Part shown: in pieces, positions 1-8,324 of the stretch
Numbering within the stretch: position 1 is the first letter of the stretch
How the letters are laid out: every line of letters begins with the position of its first letter
NCBI GenBank assembly: GCA_043740265.1
Contig: JAYUCQ010000131.1
Coordinates: 1-34,820, forward strand
Direction of reading: 5' to 3'
DNA length: 34,820 nt
Source of the DNA: Hyphomicrobium sp.
Lineage (GTDB): Bacteria > Pseudomonadota > Alphaproteobacteria > Rhizobiales > Hyphomicrobiaceae
Position numbers and translations under genes: made by a program
Notes under the pieces: generated by a model
What the model was told of the DNA's origin: nothing
The model's input: only the letters and a program-made list of their open reading frames with translations
Databases searched by the model: none

Positions 1-120
1 GACGGGCGAAAACGAAATCAGGTTCCGTTGCTGCGTAGCGGCAAGCGTACCCTCTCTTCCTTTGAAGTTTTGGCCCTCCGCTTATGGCTCCCCCGCCGCT
101 CTCACCCCGGAACAGCCCCC

Positions 121-498
121 ATGAAAACATATCTGCTGCATCACACCCCCAAGACCGCCACTCAGGACACCTGGGCCGTCTCATTCTCGCTGCCCTACAT
201 CGCCAGCGAATACGTCCGCGCCGGTGATGGCGTCTGGTACGTCAGAACCTGGTTGACCGCCGATCAAATTTCGAAGCGCCTCGCGATCCTCTTTGATGAC
301 GCGAATGAATTGCGCGTTCATGAACTCGGCCGCAAGGAAGCGGCGCTCAATAACCGCATGCAGTGGCTTCAGGGCCGCCTCGAGGACGAAGAACCCGCAG
401 ATCTTTTCAACGCCCCGCGCATGATGTGGGAAGCGCTGGCCAATGCGGCTCAGTCTTTGGCATTTTCGCGCGGAGCAGTTGTGCGGGAAGCGGCTTGA
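121..498 (+). CDS. Hypothetical protein, possible Cas2/VapD-like ferredoxin fold
   Basis: ATG at 121 within ORF 28..498. Pattern MxTYL...WxVxTxLTADQIxxRL...D...LxVxxLGR...WL resembles small orphan proteins often annotated 'SinR family' or Cas2-like. Recognised by eye. Confidence 0.6.
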   Translation: MKTYLLHHTPKTATQDTWAVSFSLPYIASEYVRAGDGVWYVRTWLTADQISKRLAILFDDANELRVHELGRKEAALNNRMQWLQGRLEDEEPADLFNAPRMMWEALANAAQSLAFSRGAVVREAA

Positions 499-507
499 TG
501 GCAGCGC

Positions 508-1176
508 TTATGGCGTCCAGTGCAGGAAATTCGCGAGCAGCTTGAGGCCGAGCTTCTGGCTCTTCTCGGGGTGGAACTGCGTGCCGGCGATGTTTTTATC
601 AGCAATCATCGCCGTCACCGGCCCGCCGTATCCGGTTTCCGCCACGACAACACGCCGGTCAGCCGCCGCCAAATGAAACGAGTGCACGAAGTAAGCGTGT
701 AATCCGTCTGGCCCCGTTGGAATGTCTTTCAGCAAGGCGTGCGGTGTGACGACGTCCAGCGTGTTCCAGCCCATGTGCGGAATTTTGAGCGCCCGGCCAT
801 TCAATGGGTTGTCGTTAGGTTCAATCGCCTGCACGTCGCCCTTGATCCAACCCAAACCCTCGGTTACTTCAAATTCGCGCCCGCGCTCGCTCATCAACTG
901 CATGCCGACGCAAATGCCGAGGAACGGCCGTGCTTTTTCGCGCACCACGTCGTCGAGGGTTGCCAGCAGTCCCGGTACGGCATCGAGCCCGCGCTTGCAG
1001 TCGCCATAAGCGCCGACGCCCGGCAGCACGACGCGATCGGCTTGGGCAAGATCGCTGACAGCCGAGCTGACGATAATTTCCGTGTTGGCTTCGCTTTCCC
1101 GTGCCGCACGCTCGAAGGCTTTGGCAGCGGAATGCAGATTTCCTGACCCGTAGTCGATAATGACGACGCGCTGCAT
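508..1176 (-). CDS. hisH: Imidazole glycerol phosphate synthase, glutamine amidotransferase subunit
   Basis: Motifs [22 protein letters not shown] (catalytic Cys), PHMGWN, YFVHS, QFHPEKS. Start trimmed to ATG 1176. Confidence 0.97.
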   Translation of the reverse strand: MQRVVIIDYGSGNLHSAAKAFERAARESEANTEIIVSSAVSDLAQADRVVLPGVGAYGDCKRGLDAVPGLLATLDDVVREKARPFLGICVGMQLMSERGREFEVTEGLGWIKGDVQAIEPNDNPLNGRALKIPHMGWNTLDVVTPHALLKDIPTGPDGLHAYFVHSFHLAAADRRVVVAETGYGGPVTAMIADKNIAGTQFHPEKSQKLGLKLLANFLHWTP

Positions 1177-1183
1177 CTCGGGC

Positions 1184-1663
1184 TCAGGCCCCAATCCGTG
1201 GGATCGACCACGGCAGGCGCTTAGGCGGCAGAACGTCACCAGTTCTCGTTTTCCCAGTGCCCGCCCTGATAAGCGGCTGCGACGGCAGCCAGGTTTCGAA
1301 AAAGCGGCGTTCGCATTCAGCAAGCGTTTTGCCGGTGACGGAGCCGAGCATAGGCCAACCGGCGCGGTCGAGCATCCAGCGCTGCAATGTCGAATGTTCA
1401 AAGCCGAGATAGATGTTGAACGCAAGCAGCATGAGGGTCAGCCACGACTCGTTGACGCCGAGCCGGGCCAAGGCCGATCCGAGTGCGCCAACAATCACCG
1501 CGTAGGCTAATAGCGGCAACCACATCTGGCTCAACGCAAATCCGAGCGGAGGGAACAACGCCGTCAGCCACGCAAAGCCATCTTTGACGAATTTCAATTC
1601 GCTGGCGCGGTCGATGCGGTCGGCATCTGGCTCAGGTGGTTCATGCACTGTGTAGGTGGGCAC
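1184..1663 (-). CDS. DUF2628-like membrane protein
   Basis: GTG start at 1663 with GGGAG upstream. YTVHEPP...FVKDGF.W motif, hydrophobic segments, ERRFF near the C-terminus. Usual position between hisB and hisH in Rhizobiales. Confidence 0.8.
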   Translation of the reverse strand: MPTYTVHEPPEPDADRIDRASELKFVKDGFAWLTALFPPLGFALSQMWLPLLAYAVIVGALGSALARLGVNESWLTLMLLAFNIYLGFEHSTLQRWMLDRAGWPMLGSVTGKTLAECERRFFETWLPSQPLIRAGTGKTRTGDVLPPKRLPWSIPRIGA

Positions 1664-1684
1664 GGACAAACAACTCCCAAAACG

Positions 1685-1778
1685 GTCATCCCGGCATTCA
1701 TTGCCGGGACCTATCGGGTCACAGCATGCCACCCGGGTTTGTGGCACATTGGGTCCCGGGGACGAGCCCCGGGAGGAC
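1685..1778. repeat. Palindromic intergenic repeat (CGTC/REP-like doublet)
   Basis: Ends GTCATCCCGG and CCGGGAGGAC are inverted repeats with 1 mismatch. Internal hairpins CCCGGCA-ttcat-TGCCGGG, TGCCAC-N8-GTGGCA and CCCGGGG-acgag-CCCCGGG. Confidence 0.75.
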
Positions 1779-1787
1779 ATCCCTAAC

Positions 1788-2384
1788 CTATCCCACAAGC
1801 GTGCCCTTGGTCGATGGGATGCGGCCCGCCTGACGCGGATCAAGCGTAATCGCCGCCCTGAGTGCGCGGGCCAAGCCTTTATAACAGGTCTCGGCGATGT
1901 GGTGATTGTTCTCGCCGTACAGGTTTTCGACGTGCAGCGTAATGCCGGCGTTCTGGGCGAAAGCCTGGAACCACTCGCGGAACAATTCGGTATCCATCTC
2001 GCCGACCTTGTGGCGCGAGAAGTTGGCTTTCCAAATCAGAAATGGGCGTCCCGAGATGTCAACCGCGACCCGGGTCAGCGTTTCGTCCATCGGCAGATGC
2101 ACGTCGGCATAGCGGACAATGCCGGCCTTATCGCCGAGCGCTTTTGCAATAGCTTGACCGATGACGATGCCGGTATCTTCGGCCGTGTGGTGGAAATCGA
2201 TGTGCAGATCGCCCTTGGCCTTGAGGTTGATATCAATCAGCGAATGCCGCGCCAATTGCTCCAGCATGTGATCGAGAAAGCCGATGCCGGTCGCAATGTC
2301 ATAGGCGCCCGTGCCGTCGAGATCGACGGTTGCCGTGATCTCGGTCTCTTTGGTTGTGCGGGTGATCGAGGCTTGCCGTTTCAA
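1788..2384 (-). CDS. hisB: Imidazoleglycerol-phosphate dehydratase
   Basis: Motifs [35 protein letters not shown]. Probable TTG start at 2384 with GGAG upstream. Confidence 0.97.
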   Translation of the reverse strand: MKRQASITRTTKETEITATVDLDGTGAYDIATGIGFLDHMLEQLARHSLIDINLKAKGDLHIDFHHTAEDTGIVIGQAIAKALGDKAGIVRYADVHLPMDETLTRVAVDISGRPFLIWKANFSRHKVGEMDTELFREWFQAFAQNAGITLHVENLYGENNHHIAETCYKGLARALRAAITLDPRQAGRIPSTKGTLVG

Positions 2385-2613
2385 GGGAGTTCTCCGCTTC
2401 AGGCTTTTGTTCGTTGGCGCAACGCCTAGCACCAGTCCCACAATCCAGCAAATGCCGCCGATTCGGGGTGGTAGGCTACCGCAAAGAGGGCGGTTGGCAC
2501 CACAAGGGTATTGGGATGTGGCAGATCCTTAGGGCCAGACCTTAACGTCGCCACCGTCCAAAATTGAAACGCCGTTCCGCATAGCTGGGTTCGACACCCG
2601 CAAACCAAAATCC

Positions 2614-2638
2614 GGAACTATCACGGTCTTTGGGCGTT
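2614..2638 (+). promoter_or_regulatory. EcfG (ECF15, general stress response) type promoter
   Basis: GGAAC (2614-2618)-N16-CGTT (2635-2638), exact match to the alphaproteobacterial EcfG consensus, upstream of a HisKA_2 kinase. Confidence 0.6.
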
Positions 2639-2841
2639 TCGACTGCGCGAATATGTCTCCCGGCCTAGCCCTGCTGGAGCTATTGCCAACGGCGATATTG
2701 AACTTAGTGTTTTTGAGTGATTTCGATGAGCCAATTGGATGCGTGCCAGCCGGCCCCGAAGGCAGTTCGCACTACTGGTGCCCGGAACGGAAAGTCTCGT
2801 GCACTTCAGTTGCGGGAACAGCCCCCCGTGCGCCGTCTTAG

Positions 2842-3858
2842 ATGCCGCCAATGACGGATACCGACCGGAGCGGCGATTTCCTGCTCAGCGTACTGAATGC
2901 CTCGCTGGATTGCATTAAGGTCATCGAGCTCGACGGCTCGCTGAGCTATGTGAATGCTAACGGCATTTGCTCTTTGGAGATCGACAATTTCGACGTGGTG
3001 AGCGGAACGCAGTGGTGCGAACTGTGGCCAGCTGGGTCTCAAACTAAAATCCATGAATCGATAGCGGCAGCTCTTGATGGCCGCGCCTCGCGATTTGAGG
3101 CTTTCTGTCCCACGATGAAGGGGAACGAAAAATGGTGGGACGTTTCAGTCGCGCCGGTCCGGGATCATAGTGGCCGCGTTGAGCGTATCGTCTCGATTTC
3201 GCGCGACGTCACTGAACAAGTGCGCATGCAGCGCGACTTGCAACAGGCACTAAAAGACAAGGATACTCTTGCCGCTGAGATCGATCATCGGGTGAAGAAC
3301 AGCCTATCTCTGGTCGCGAGCCTGCTTAGGATGCAGGCGAAGACAAGCCGCTTGCCCGAGGTGCATCAATCTCTCAAAGAGGCTTCCTTGCGTATTGCGT
3401 CGGTGATGCGGGTCCACGATTATCTGTACAAGCATACTGGTGGGAGCAGCGTCGAGGCCGGCGGCTACCTCGAGACTTTATGCCGGGATGTTGCGAACTC
3501 TGTCGGAGATGTAGATGTCCGGCTCGAAATTATGGTCGAGCCGGTAGAATTGGTTGTTGATCGTGCAATGCCGCTGGGCCTCATCGCGACGGAACTCATG
3601 ACCAACGCGTTCAAACATGCCACGCGCGAGACAGAGGCTTTGTGCATCAACGTTACGCTCGAACGTGACGGAGAGGCGTTCAGGATGTCGGTCGCTGATA
3701 ATGGGCCTGGGCTGCCCAAAGACTTTTCTCTGGGCGGGGGCGATGGACTAGGCACGAAGATCGTCAGCCTGCTTGTGCGACAACTCGGAGGATATATCGA
3801 GGCTTCAAGCGCTAACGGCGGCGCAAGCTTCGTGCTCATCGCACCGTTAGTAGCGTAA
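2842..3858 (+). CDS. Cytoplasmic PAS-domain sensor histidine kinase, HisKA_2 type
   Basis: PAS (LNASLDCIKVIELDG...SISRDVTE), H-box EIDHRVKNSL, N-box ELMTNAFKHA, DNGPG and GLG boxes. No transmembrane segment. Confidence 0.92.
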   Translation: MPPMTDTDRSGDFLLSVLNASLDCIKVIELDGSLSYVNANGICSLEIDNFDVVSGTQWCELWPAGSQTKIHESIAAALDGRASRFEAFCPTMKGNEKWWDVSVAPVRDHSGRVERIVSISRDVTEQVRMQRDLQQALKDKDTLAAEIDHRVKNSLSLVASLLRMQAKTSRLPEVHQSLKEASLRIASVMRVHDYLYKHTGGSSVEAGGYLETLCRDVANSVGDVDVRLEIMVEPVELVVDRAMPLGLIATELMTNAFKHATRETEALCINVTLERDGEAFRMSVADNGPGLPKDFSLGGGDGLGTKIVSLLVRQLGGYIEASSANGGASFVLIAPLVA

Positions 3859-3945
3859 CGCTGACAGTTAAACAGGTCTGAAGTTATCCCGCAGATTGCA
3901 ATGCATAGAAGACATGATCGTCCGGTGGTCATGCGCTCGTAAAAC

Positions 3946-3978
3946 AAAAATGCCGGACCCAAGGGCCCGGCATTTTTT
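3946..3978. terminator. Bidirectional intrinsic terminator
   Basis: AAAAATGCCGG-accc-aa-gggc-CCGGCATTTTTT between convergent genes. Confidence 0.8.
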
Positions 3979-4096
3979 GACTGAAGTTTATCCTGTCACG
4001 CGACTGGCGGATATTGACGCGGGCTAGGTAGGCTTCAGACTGCCAATTCCAAATACTCCTCTGAATACTGGCGAACGTGAGGTCAGCCTCGTTGAC

Positions 4097-5086
4097 CTAG
4101 ACGAGGATCCCGAAGCCGGCATCGTGCGCGTCAACGCCCTGGAGCACGGCGACATCAACCCAATGATGAGCGACGAGGCCCTGCACCTTGGTGTCGGCGC
4201 CATCAGCGGCAAAGCGGACGCTTTCCGAGTAGCTGGCGTGACCCTTGAGGAAGTCCTTCATGTCGAGATGATCGGTGCCGGCTTGGAAGTCGGTGATTTT
4301 ATCGACGCCGCCGCCAACGGTATCCTTTTTCAGATACGCGAAGGTATCGGCACCCTTGCCGCCGGTCAGCGTGTCGCTGCCGCCCTTGCCACGGAACCAG
4401 TCACTGCCGGTGCCGCCGATCATCCAGGTGTCGACCTTGTCCGATCCCATGTACCGGCCGTTGCCATCATTGCCCACGATCGTTTCAATGCCCGTGACTT
4501 TGTCCGTCGTGATGTGGCGGCCCGAGCCGTAGGACGCCGTGCCTTTGCTCAGATCAACGCTGACGTTACCGGCGACGCGGGTGAAGTCGAGGACGTCATT
4601 GCCAGCGCCGCCCGCGTAGACGTCGTTGCCGCTGGACACGAGCACCGTGTCATCGCCCGAGCCGCCGGAGACAACATCATCGCCGCGGCCGCCATCGAGC
4701 CAGTCGTTACCGGCGTCGCCCGAAAGCTTGTCGTTGCCGGAGCCGCCCATGACAATGTCGTTGCCGGTGTTGCCGTGGATGGCGTCGTCACCCTTGCCGC
4801 CGGCCGCGATGTCATCGCCTTTGCCGCCGGATACAACGTCGTCGCCTTCACCGCCACGGATGTTGTCGTTACCTTCGGTGCCGTACAGCGTGTCGTTGCC
4901 AGTATCGCCAAAGATTGTGTCGTCGCCGCCGCCGGCCCAGACGTAGTCGCCGCCCTTACCGCCGCGGATCATGTCTTCGAACTTGCCGCCTGCGATGTCG
5001 TCATCGCCGCCGCGGCCCCAGATGTCGTTCATTTCTTTGAGAAGGCCGACGAGGCTGTCAGCGTTCTTGGTTCCGTTGATGCTCAT
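4097..5086 (-). CDS. RTX/hemolysin-type calcium-binding repeat protein, probable type I secretion substrate
   Basis: Many GGxGxDxux nonapeptides and a serralysin-like C-terminal GADTF...DKITDFQAGTDHLD motif. GGAG upstream of the ATG. No signal peptide. Confidence 0.9.
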   Translation of the reverse strand: MSINGTKNADSLVGLLKEMNDIWGRGGDDDIAGGKFEDMIRGGKGGDYVWAGGGDDTIFGDTGNDTLYGTEGNDNIRGGEGDDVVSGGKGDDIAAGGKGDDAIHGNTGNDIVMGGSGNDKLSGDAGNDWLDGGRGDDVVSGGSGDDTVLVSSGNDVYAGGAGNDVLDFTRVAGNVSVDLSKGTASYGSGRHITTDKVTGIETIVGNDGNGRYMGSDKVDTWMIGGTGSDWFRGKGGSDTLTGGKGADTFAYLKKDTVGGGVDKITDFQAGTDHLDMKDFLKGHASYSESVRFAADGADTKVQGLVAHHWVDVAVLQGVDAHDAGFGILV

Positions 5087-5408
5087 TTAAACTGGCTCCT
5101 GATGTCTGCTGGCCGTTTCACCCCGGAGGTAATTCCGGAAAATCCAATTAACCTTCGAGGCAAGTCTGCGAAGAAATCTTGATGTTGTTGTCTCGATCCC
5201 GGGCCGCAGTGTTCACCCTTGCTTCATAGATTGGCATCGAGCCGTTGAGATAATCCTCAAGACGGTCCTTCAAATTGAAACGAATTTGCTGCGAATTTTG
5301 CGGCGGTTAATGAAGGCAAGTCAGTCGTCATGTGCGTCTAAGCCGCTATTCACCGGCGTTTTTGACAGTTAAAAGGATGGCTCGGATTTCAGCATCGGCG
5401 GCGGACAG

Positions 5409-6611
5409 ATGGTTACTCAGATAGAAACCAAAACTTTTTTGAATGAATTTGGCGGCGTTAATAAACCTTCGCTGGCGGGGATGACGCGCGACGGCCTGAA
5501 ACAGGCGTTGGCCGAGGCGGGTGTGCCGGAAAAGCAGTTGCGTATGCGCGTTGGCCAGCTGTGGAGCTGGATCTATGCCCGCGGTGTCACGTCGTTCGAT
5601 GACATGAGCGACGTGTCCAAAGAGTTACGCAAGACGCTGGCGGATCACTACACCCTCGACCGGCTCAAAATCGTCACCGAGCAGATTTCCATCGATGGCA
5701 CACGCAAGTGGCTGCTGCGGCTGCCGAAGCTTGGCAACGAAGCCCGCGCGCCTGAAATTGAAACCGTCTACATCCCTGAGACGGATCGCGGCACGCTGTG
5801 CATTTCAAGCCAGATCGGCTGCACGCTGACGTGCTCGTTCTGCCATACAGGCACGCAAAAGCTGGTGCGCAATCTGACGGCGCAGGAAATTGCCGGGCAA
5901 ATTTTGCTGGCCCGGGATCGAATCGGCGACTGGCTGGGGGCGAGCGCGCTGGGAGACAGCCGCCTGCTGCCGACGGCGGAACGCAAGATCACCAACGTCG
6001 TGCTTATGGGTATGGGTGAGCCGCTCTATAATTTCGACAATGTCCGCGACGCGATGGAAATTGCCTCCGACGATGCCGGGCTCTCGTTGTCGAAGCGGCG
6101 TATTACGCTGTCGACGTCGGGCGTCGTGCCGGAAATTCCGCGGTGGGGGGAAGAGTCTGGCACCAATCTGGCGATCTCTCTGCACGCCACCAACGATGCT
6201 CTGCGCGATGAGCTTGTGCCGCTCAACAAGAAGTATCCCATCGCTGACCTGCTGGAAGCCTGCCGCAACTATCCCGGCCTCTCCAACGCTAAACGGATTA
6301 CATTCGAGTATGTGATGCTGAAGGGCGTCAACGATAGCTTGCCGGAAGCTCGCGCGCTTGTCCGGCTGCTGGCTGGCATCCCCGCCAAGATCAATTTGAT
6401 CCCGTTCAACCCGTGGCCGAACACGAAGTATGAGTGCTCGGACTGGCAGACAATCGAGCGCTTCGCCGACGTGGTCAACAAAGCCGGTTACGCCAGCCCT
6501 GTGCGCACGCCGCGCGGCCGTGATATTCTGGCGGCATGCGGGCAACTGCGGTCGGAGAGTCTCAAAATCAGGGCGAGTGAACGGGGGTTGCCTGCCGACC
6601 CTGCAACATAG
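5409..6611 (+). CDS. rlmN: 23S rRNA m2A2503 / tRNA methyltransferase (radical SAM)
   Basis: Motifs [25 protein letters not shown] (CxxxCxxC), [22 protein letters not shown]. Confidence 0.97.
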   Translation: MVTQIETKTFLNEFGGVNKPSLAGMTRDGLKQALAEAGVPEKQLRMRVGQLWSWIYARGVTSFDDMSDVSKELRKTLADHYTLDRLKIVTEQISIDGTRKWLLRLPKLGNEARAPEIETVYIPETDRGTLCISSQIGCTLTCSFCHTGTQKLVRNLTAQEIAGQILLARDRIGDWLGASALGDSRLLPTAERKITNVVLMGMGEPLYNFDNVRDAMEIASDDAGLSLSKRRITLSTSGVVPEIPRWGEESGTNLAISLHATNDALRDELVPLNKKYPIADLLEACRNYPGLSNAKRITFEYVMLKGVNDSLPEARALVRLLAGIPAKINLIPFNPWPNTKYECSDWQTIERFADVVNKAGYASPVRTPRGRDILAACGQLRSESLKIRASERGLPADPAT

Positions 6612-6768
6612 GTGGCTTTTTTCAGCGCAACCGTTGCAGCCTTGGACTGGCGATCTGCTTGAATACAGAATAGGTAAGTCCAATAAACTCGCAATCAAGT
6701 TGAACAGCGCCGCCGGGTGTCAGAGGGTTGGATTCGGGGGGCTGGGTTTCATAAGGTTGGAAGCGATT

Positions 6769-7536
6769 ATGCTTGGTAGTTTTGCGCGCGTTCTGACCGG
6801 GTTCTTGCTGGCGTGCATCGCAGCGGCTCTGATCCAGGTCCTGTATTTGCCAACCACTTATCAGCTCGCAGCATCAGCCGATAATACGTTTCCGGGCAGC
6901 CTAGTGGTCGAGCGCATTCTGCTTGTTGCAACCCATATCGCAATTTTTTCAGCGGCGTTCGCGCTCATTATGGCGGGCCTAAGCGCGTGGACGGGTCGCG
7001 GTTCACTGCCTTACTATCTCACGTCTGGCACCGTGATCGGCTTGCTTGGATTTGTTGCGCAATACGCCAGTGAAGTCGCCAGTCAGCCGACAATCTTCAA
7101 CAATTCGGCGGTGACAGCCTATCTGACGTCGGGCTTTTTCGCGGGCCTCGCCTATTGGCTTGTGGCTGGGGACGCGGGGGAAAATAAGGCGGACGATGAC
7201 CGTTTGGGGGAGCGCGCAACGATCGGGGTGCCGCCGCCGCGGTCATGGAAAAACCGGCCTAAAATTGTCGTCGATGAAAGCCAAGGGGTTGCTGAAGGCG
7301 AAGTCAGGCCGAAGAAAAAGCCCTCATTGTCGGACGTCTTAAGGGCCAATGAAGCCCAGACAGAGATCAAACCGGCGGCGCCAAAGAGCGATAATAAAAC
7401 CGTTGTAGTGCCAGCTCCCACGAAGCCAACGTCCGCTTCGGGCACCTCTGCACCCGCCGCCACATCGACGTCCGTGCCGTTGACGAAGCCCTCCGCCAAT
7501 CCGGCTGCCGCCAGCGAGCCGGCTAAGAAAGTCTAA
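6769..7536 (+). CDS. Hypothetical membrane protein with Pro/Ala/Lys/Thr-rich C-terminal tail
   Basis: ATG at 6769 in ORF 6430..7536. About four hydrophobic segments followed by a low-complexity tail. Confidence 0.7.
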   Translation: MLGSFARVLTGFLLACIAAALIQVLYLPTTYQLAASADNTFPGSLVVERILLVATHIAIFSAAFALIMAGLSAWTGRGSLPYYLTSGTVIGLLGFVAQYASEVASQPTIFNNSAVTAYLTSGFFAGLAYWLVAGDAGENKADDDRLGERATIGVPPPRSWKNRPKIVVDESQGVAEGEVRPKKKPSLSDVLRANEAQTEIKPAAPKSDNKTVVVPAPTKPTSASGTSAPAATSTSVPLTKPSANPAAASEPAKKV

Positions 7537-7584
7537 ATATCAGTGCAATAGCGCTATGCCGCGTCAAAAGCCTCAGCAATCAAT

Positions 7585-7596
7585 TGCTGCGCCGCA
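7585..7596 (-). promoter_or_regulatory. Putative PhaR operator
   Basis: Minus strand reads TGCGGCGCAGCA, fitting the TGCRNYGCASMA PhaR-type consensus, about 40 nt upstream of GTG 7636. Confidence 0.5.
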
Positions 7597-7635
7597 ACAT
7601 GTAGTGTACTCTCTATATTTTTGAGGGTATCGGCC

Positions 7636-8244
7636 GTGTTCGATTTTGATTTGCAAATGCGTTTTTGGCGCAGCGTGACTGACGCGATGGTCCACAGCAC
7701 TCAGGCGACTATGGCCGCCGCCTCAGCTTGGCAAGACATCGTGCTGTCAATTCCGGGAGCAAACAAGCCTGCAGTTCCGGTGGCGCCGGTCTGGCCGTTC
7801 CTGGCTCCGTTTCCCGTCTCCAACCCCTGGTTTCCAGCGGCCCGATCTTTGACGGATGTCTCGCCTTGGGTAGAAATTTTCTGGCGTCAATCAGCCGACA
7901 TGATGCCGGTCACGCAGACCGCTTGGGGCAACATTCCGCAGCCAAATCCAGCGGCGATGTTTGCGCCGTTTTGGGGGTGGGCCGCGTCGCCGTGGGCTTT
8001 CATGCAGACGCCGCTGACCGCCATGATGATGCAGGCAGGTTTCCCATATGCTGTCGCTTCACCTTCAGCAAAGGCCGGCACGGCCGCGATGGACGCGGCC
8101 GACGCTGCGCGCGAACAGATGGGCAATGTGTTTTCGTCATATCATTCGGGTGGCGGGCATTCATCGGCGCAGATTGTAACGCTGCCGTGGGACGTGGCCG
8201 CGTCATTCATGAAGGGCGATACACCGCCGCGCCGGACGCATTAG
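7636..8244 (+). CDS. Hypothetical Pro/Trp/Met/Ala-rich protein
   Basis: Long ORF filling the intergenic gap. GAGGG before GTG 7636 (alternative ATG 7657). Followed by a strong terminator. C-terminal FSSYHSGGGHSSAQI. Confidence 0.7.
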   Translation: MFDFDLQMRFWRSVTDAMVHSTQATMAAASAWQDIVLSIPGANKPAVPVAPVWPFLAPFPVSNPWFPAARSLTDVSPWVEIFWRQSADMMPVTQTAWGNIPQPNPAAMFAPFWGWAASPWAFMQTPLTAMMMQAGFPYAVASPSAKAGTAAMDAADAAREQMGNVFSSYHSGGGHSSAQIVTLPWDVAASFMKGDTPPRRTH

Positions 8245-8268
8245 TCAAAGCACAAAAGTCAACGGACA

Positions 8269-8302
8269 TATAAAAGGCCGCGTCTCAACGCGGCCTTTTA
8301 TA
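8269..8302. terminator. Bidirectional intrinsic terminator
   Basis: TATAAAAGGCCGCGT-ctca-ACGCGGCCTTTTATA, a perfect 15-bp inverted repeat between convergent genes. Confidence 0.9.
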
Positions 8303-8324
8303 ATTTCAGAGTCTCGTCGCGGCG

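Noticed and set aside
1-26. Minus-strand GGAAC-N17-CGTC
   Set aside because: Imperfect -10, and any target gene lies outside the window, so it cannot be assessed.
109-120. 12-mer GGAACAGCCCCC also present at 2815-2826
   Set aside because: Only two copies of a short word, compatible with chance.
4540-5030. ~27-bp periodicity as a possible CRISPR or tandem array
   Set aside because: Explained by the coding RTX nonapeptide repeats. There are no identical repeats with unique spacers.
4124-5182. 352-aa plus-strand ORF
   Set aside because: Antisense shadow of the RTX gene. Repetitive codons keep the opposite frame open.
5805-6698. 297-aa minus-strand ORF, and similar long ORFs opposite hisB, dapB, leuB, phasin and yciB
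   Set aside because: All overlap well-supported genes on the other strand.
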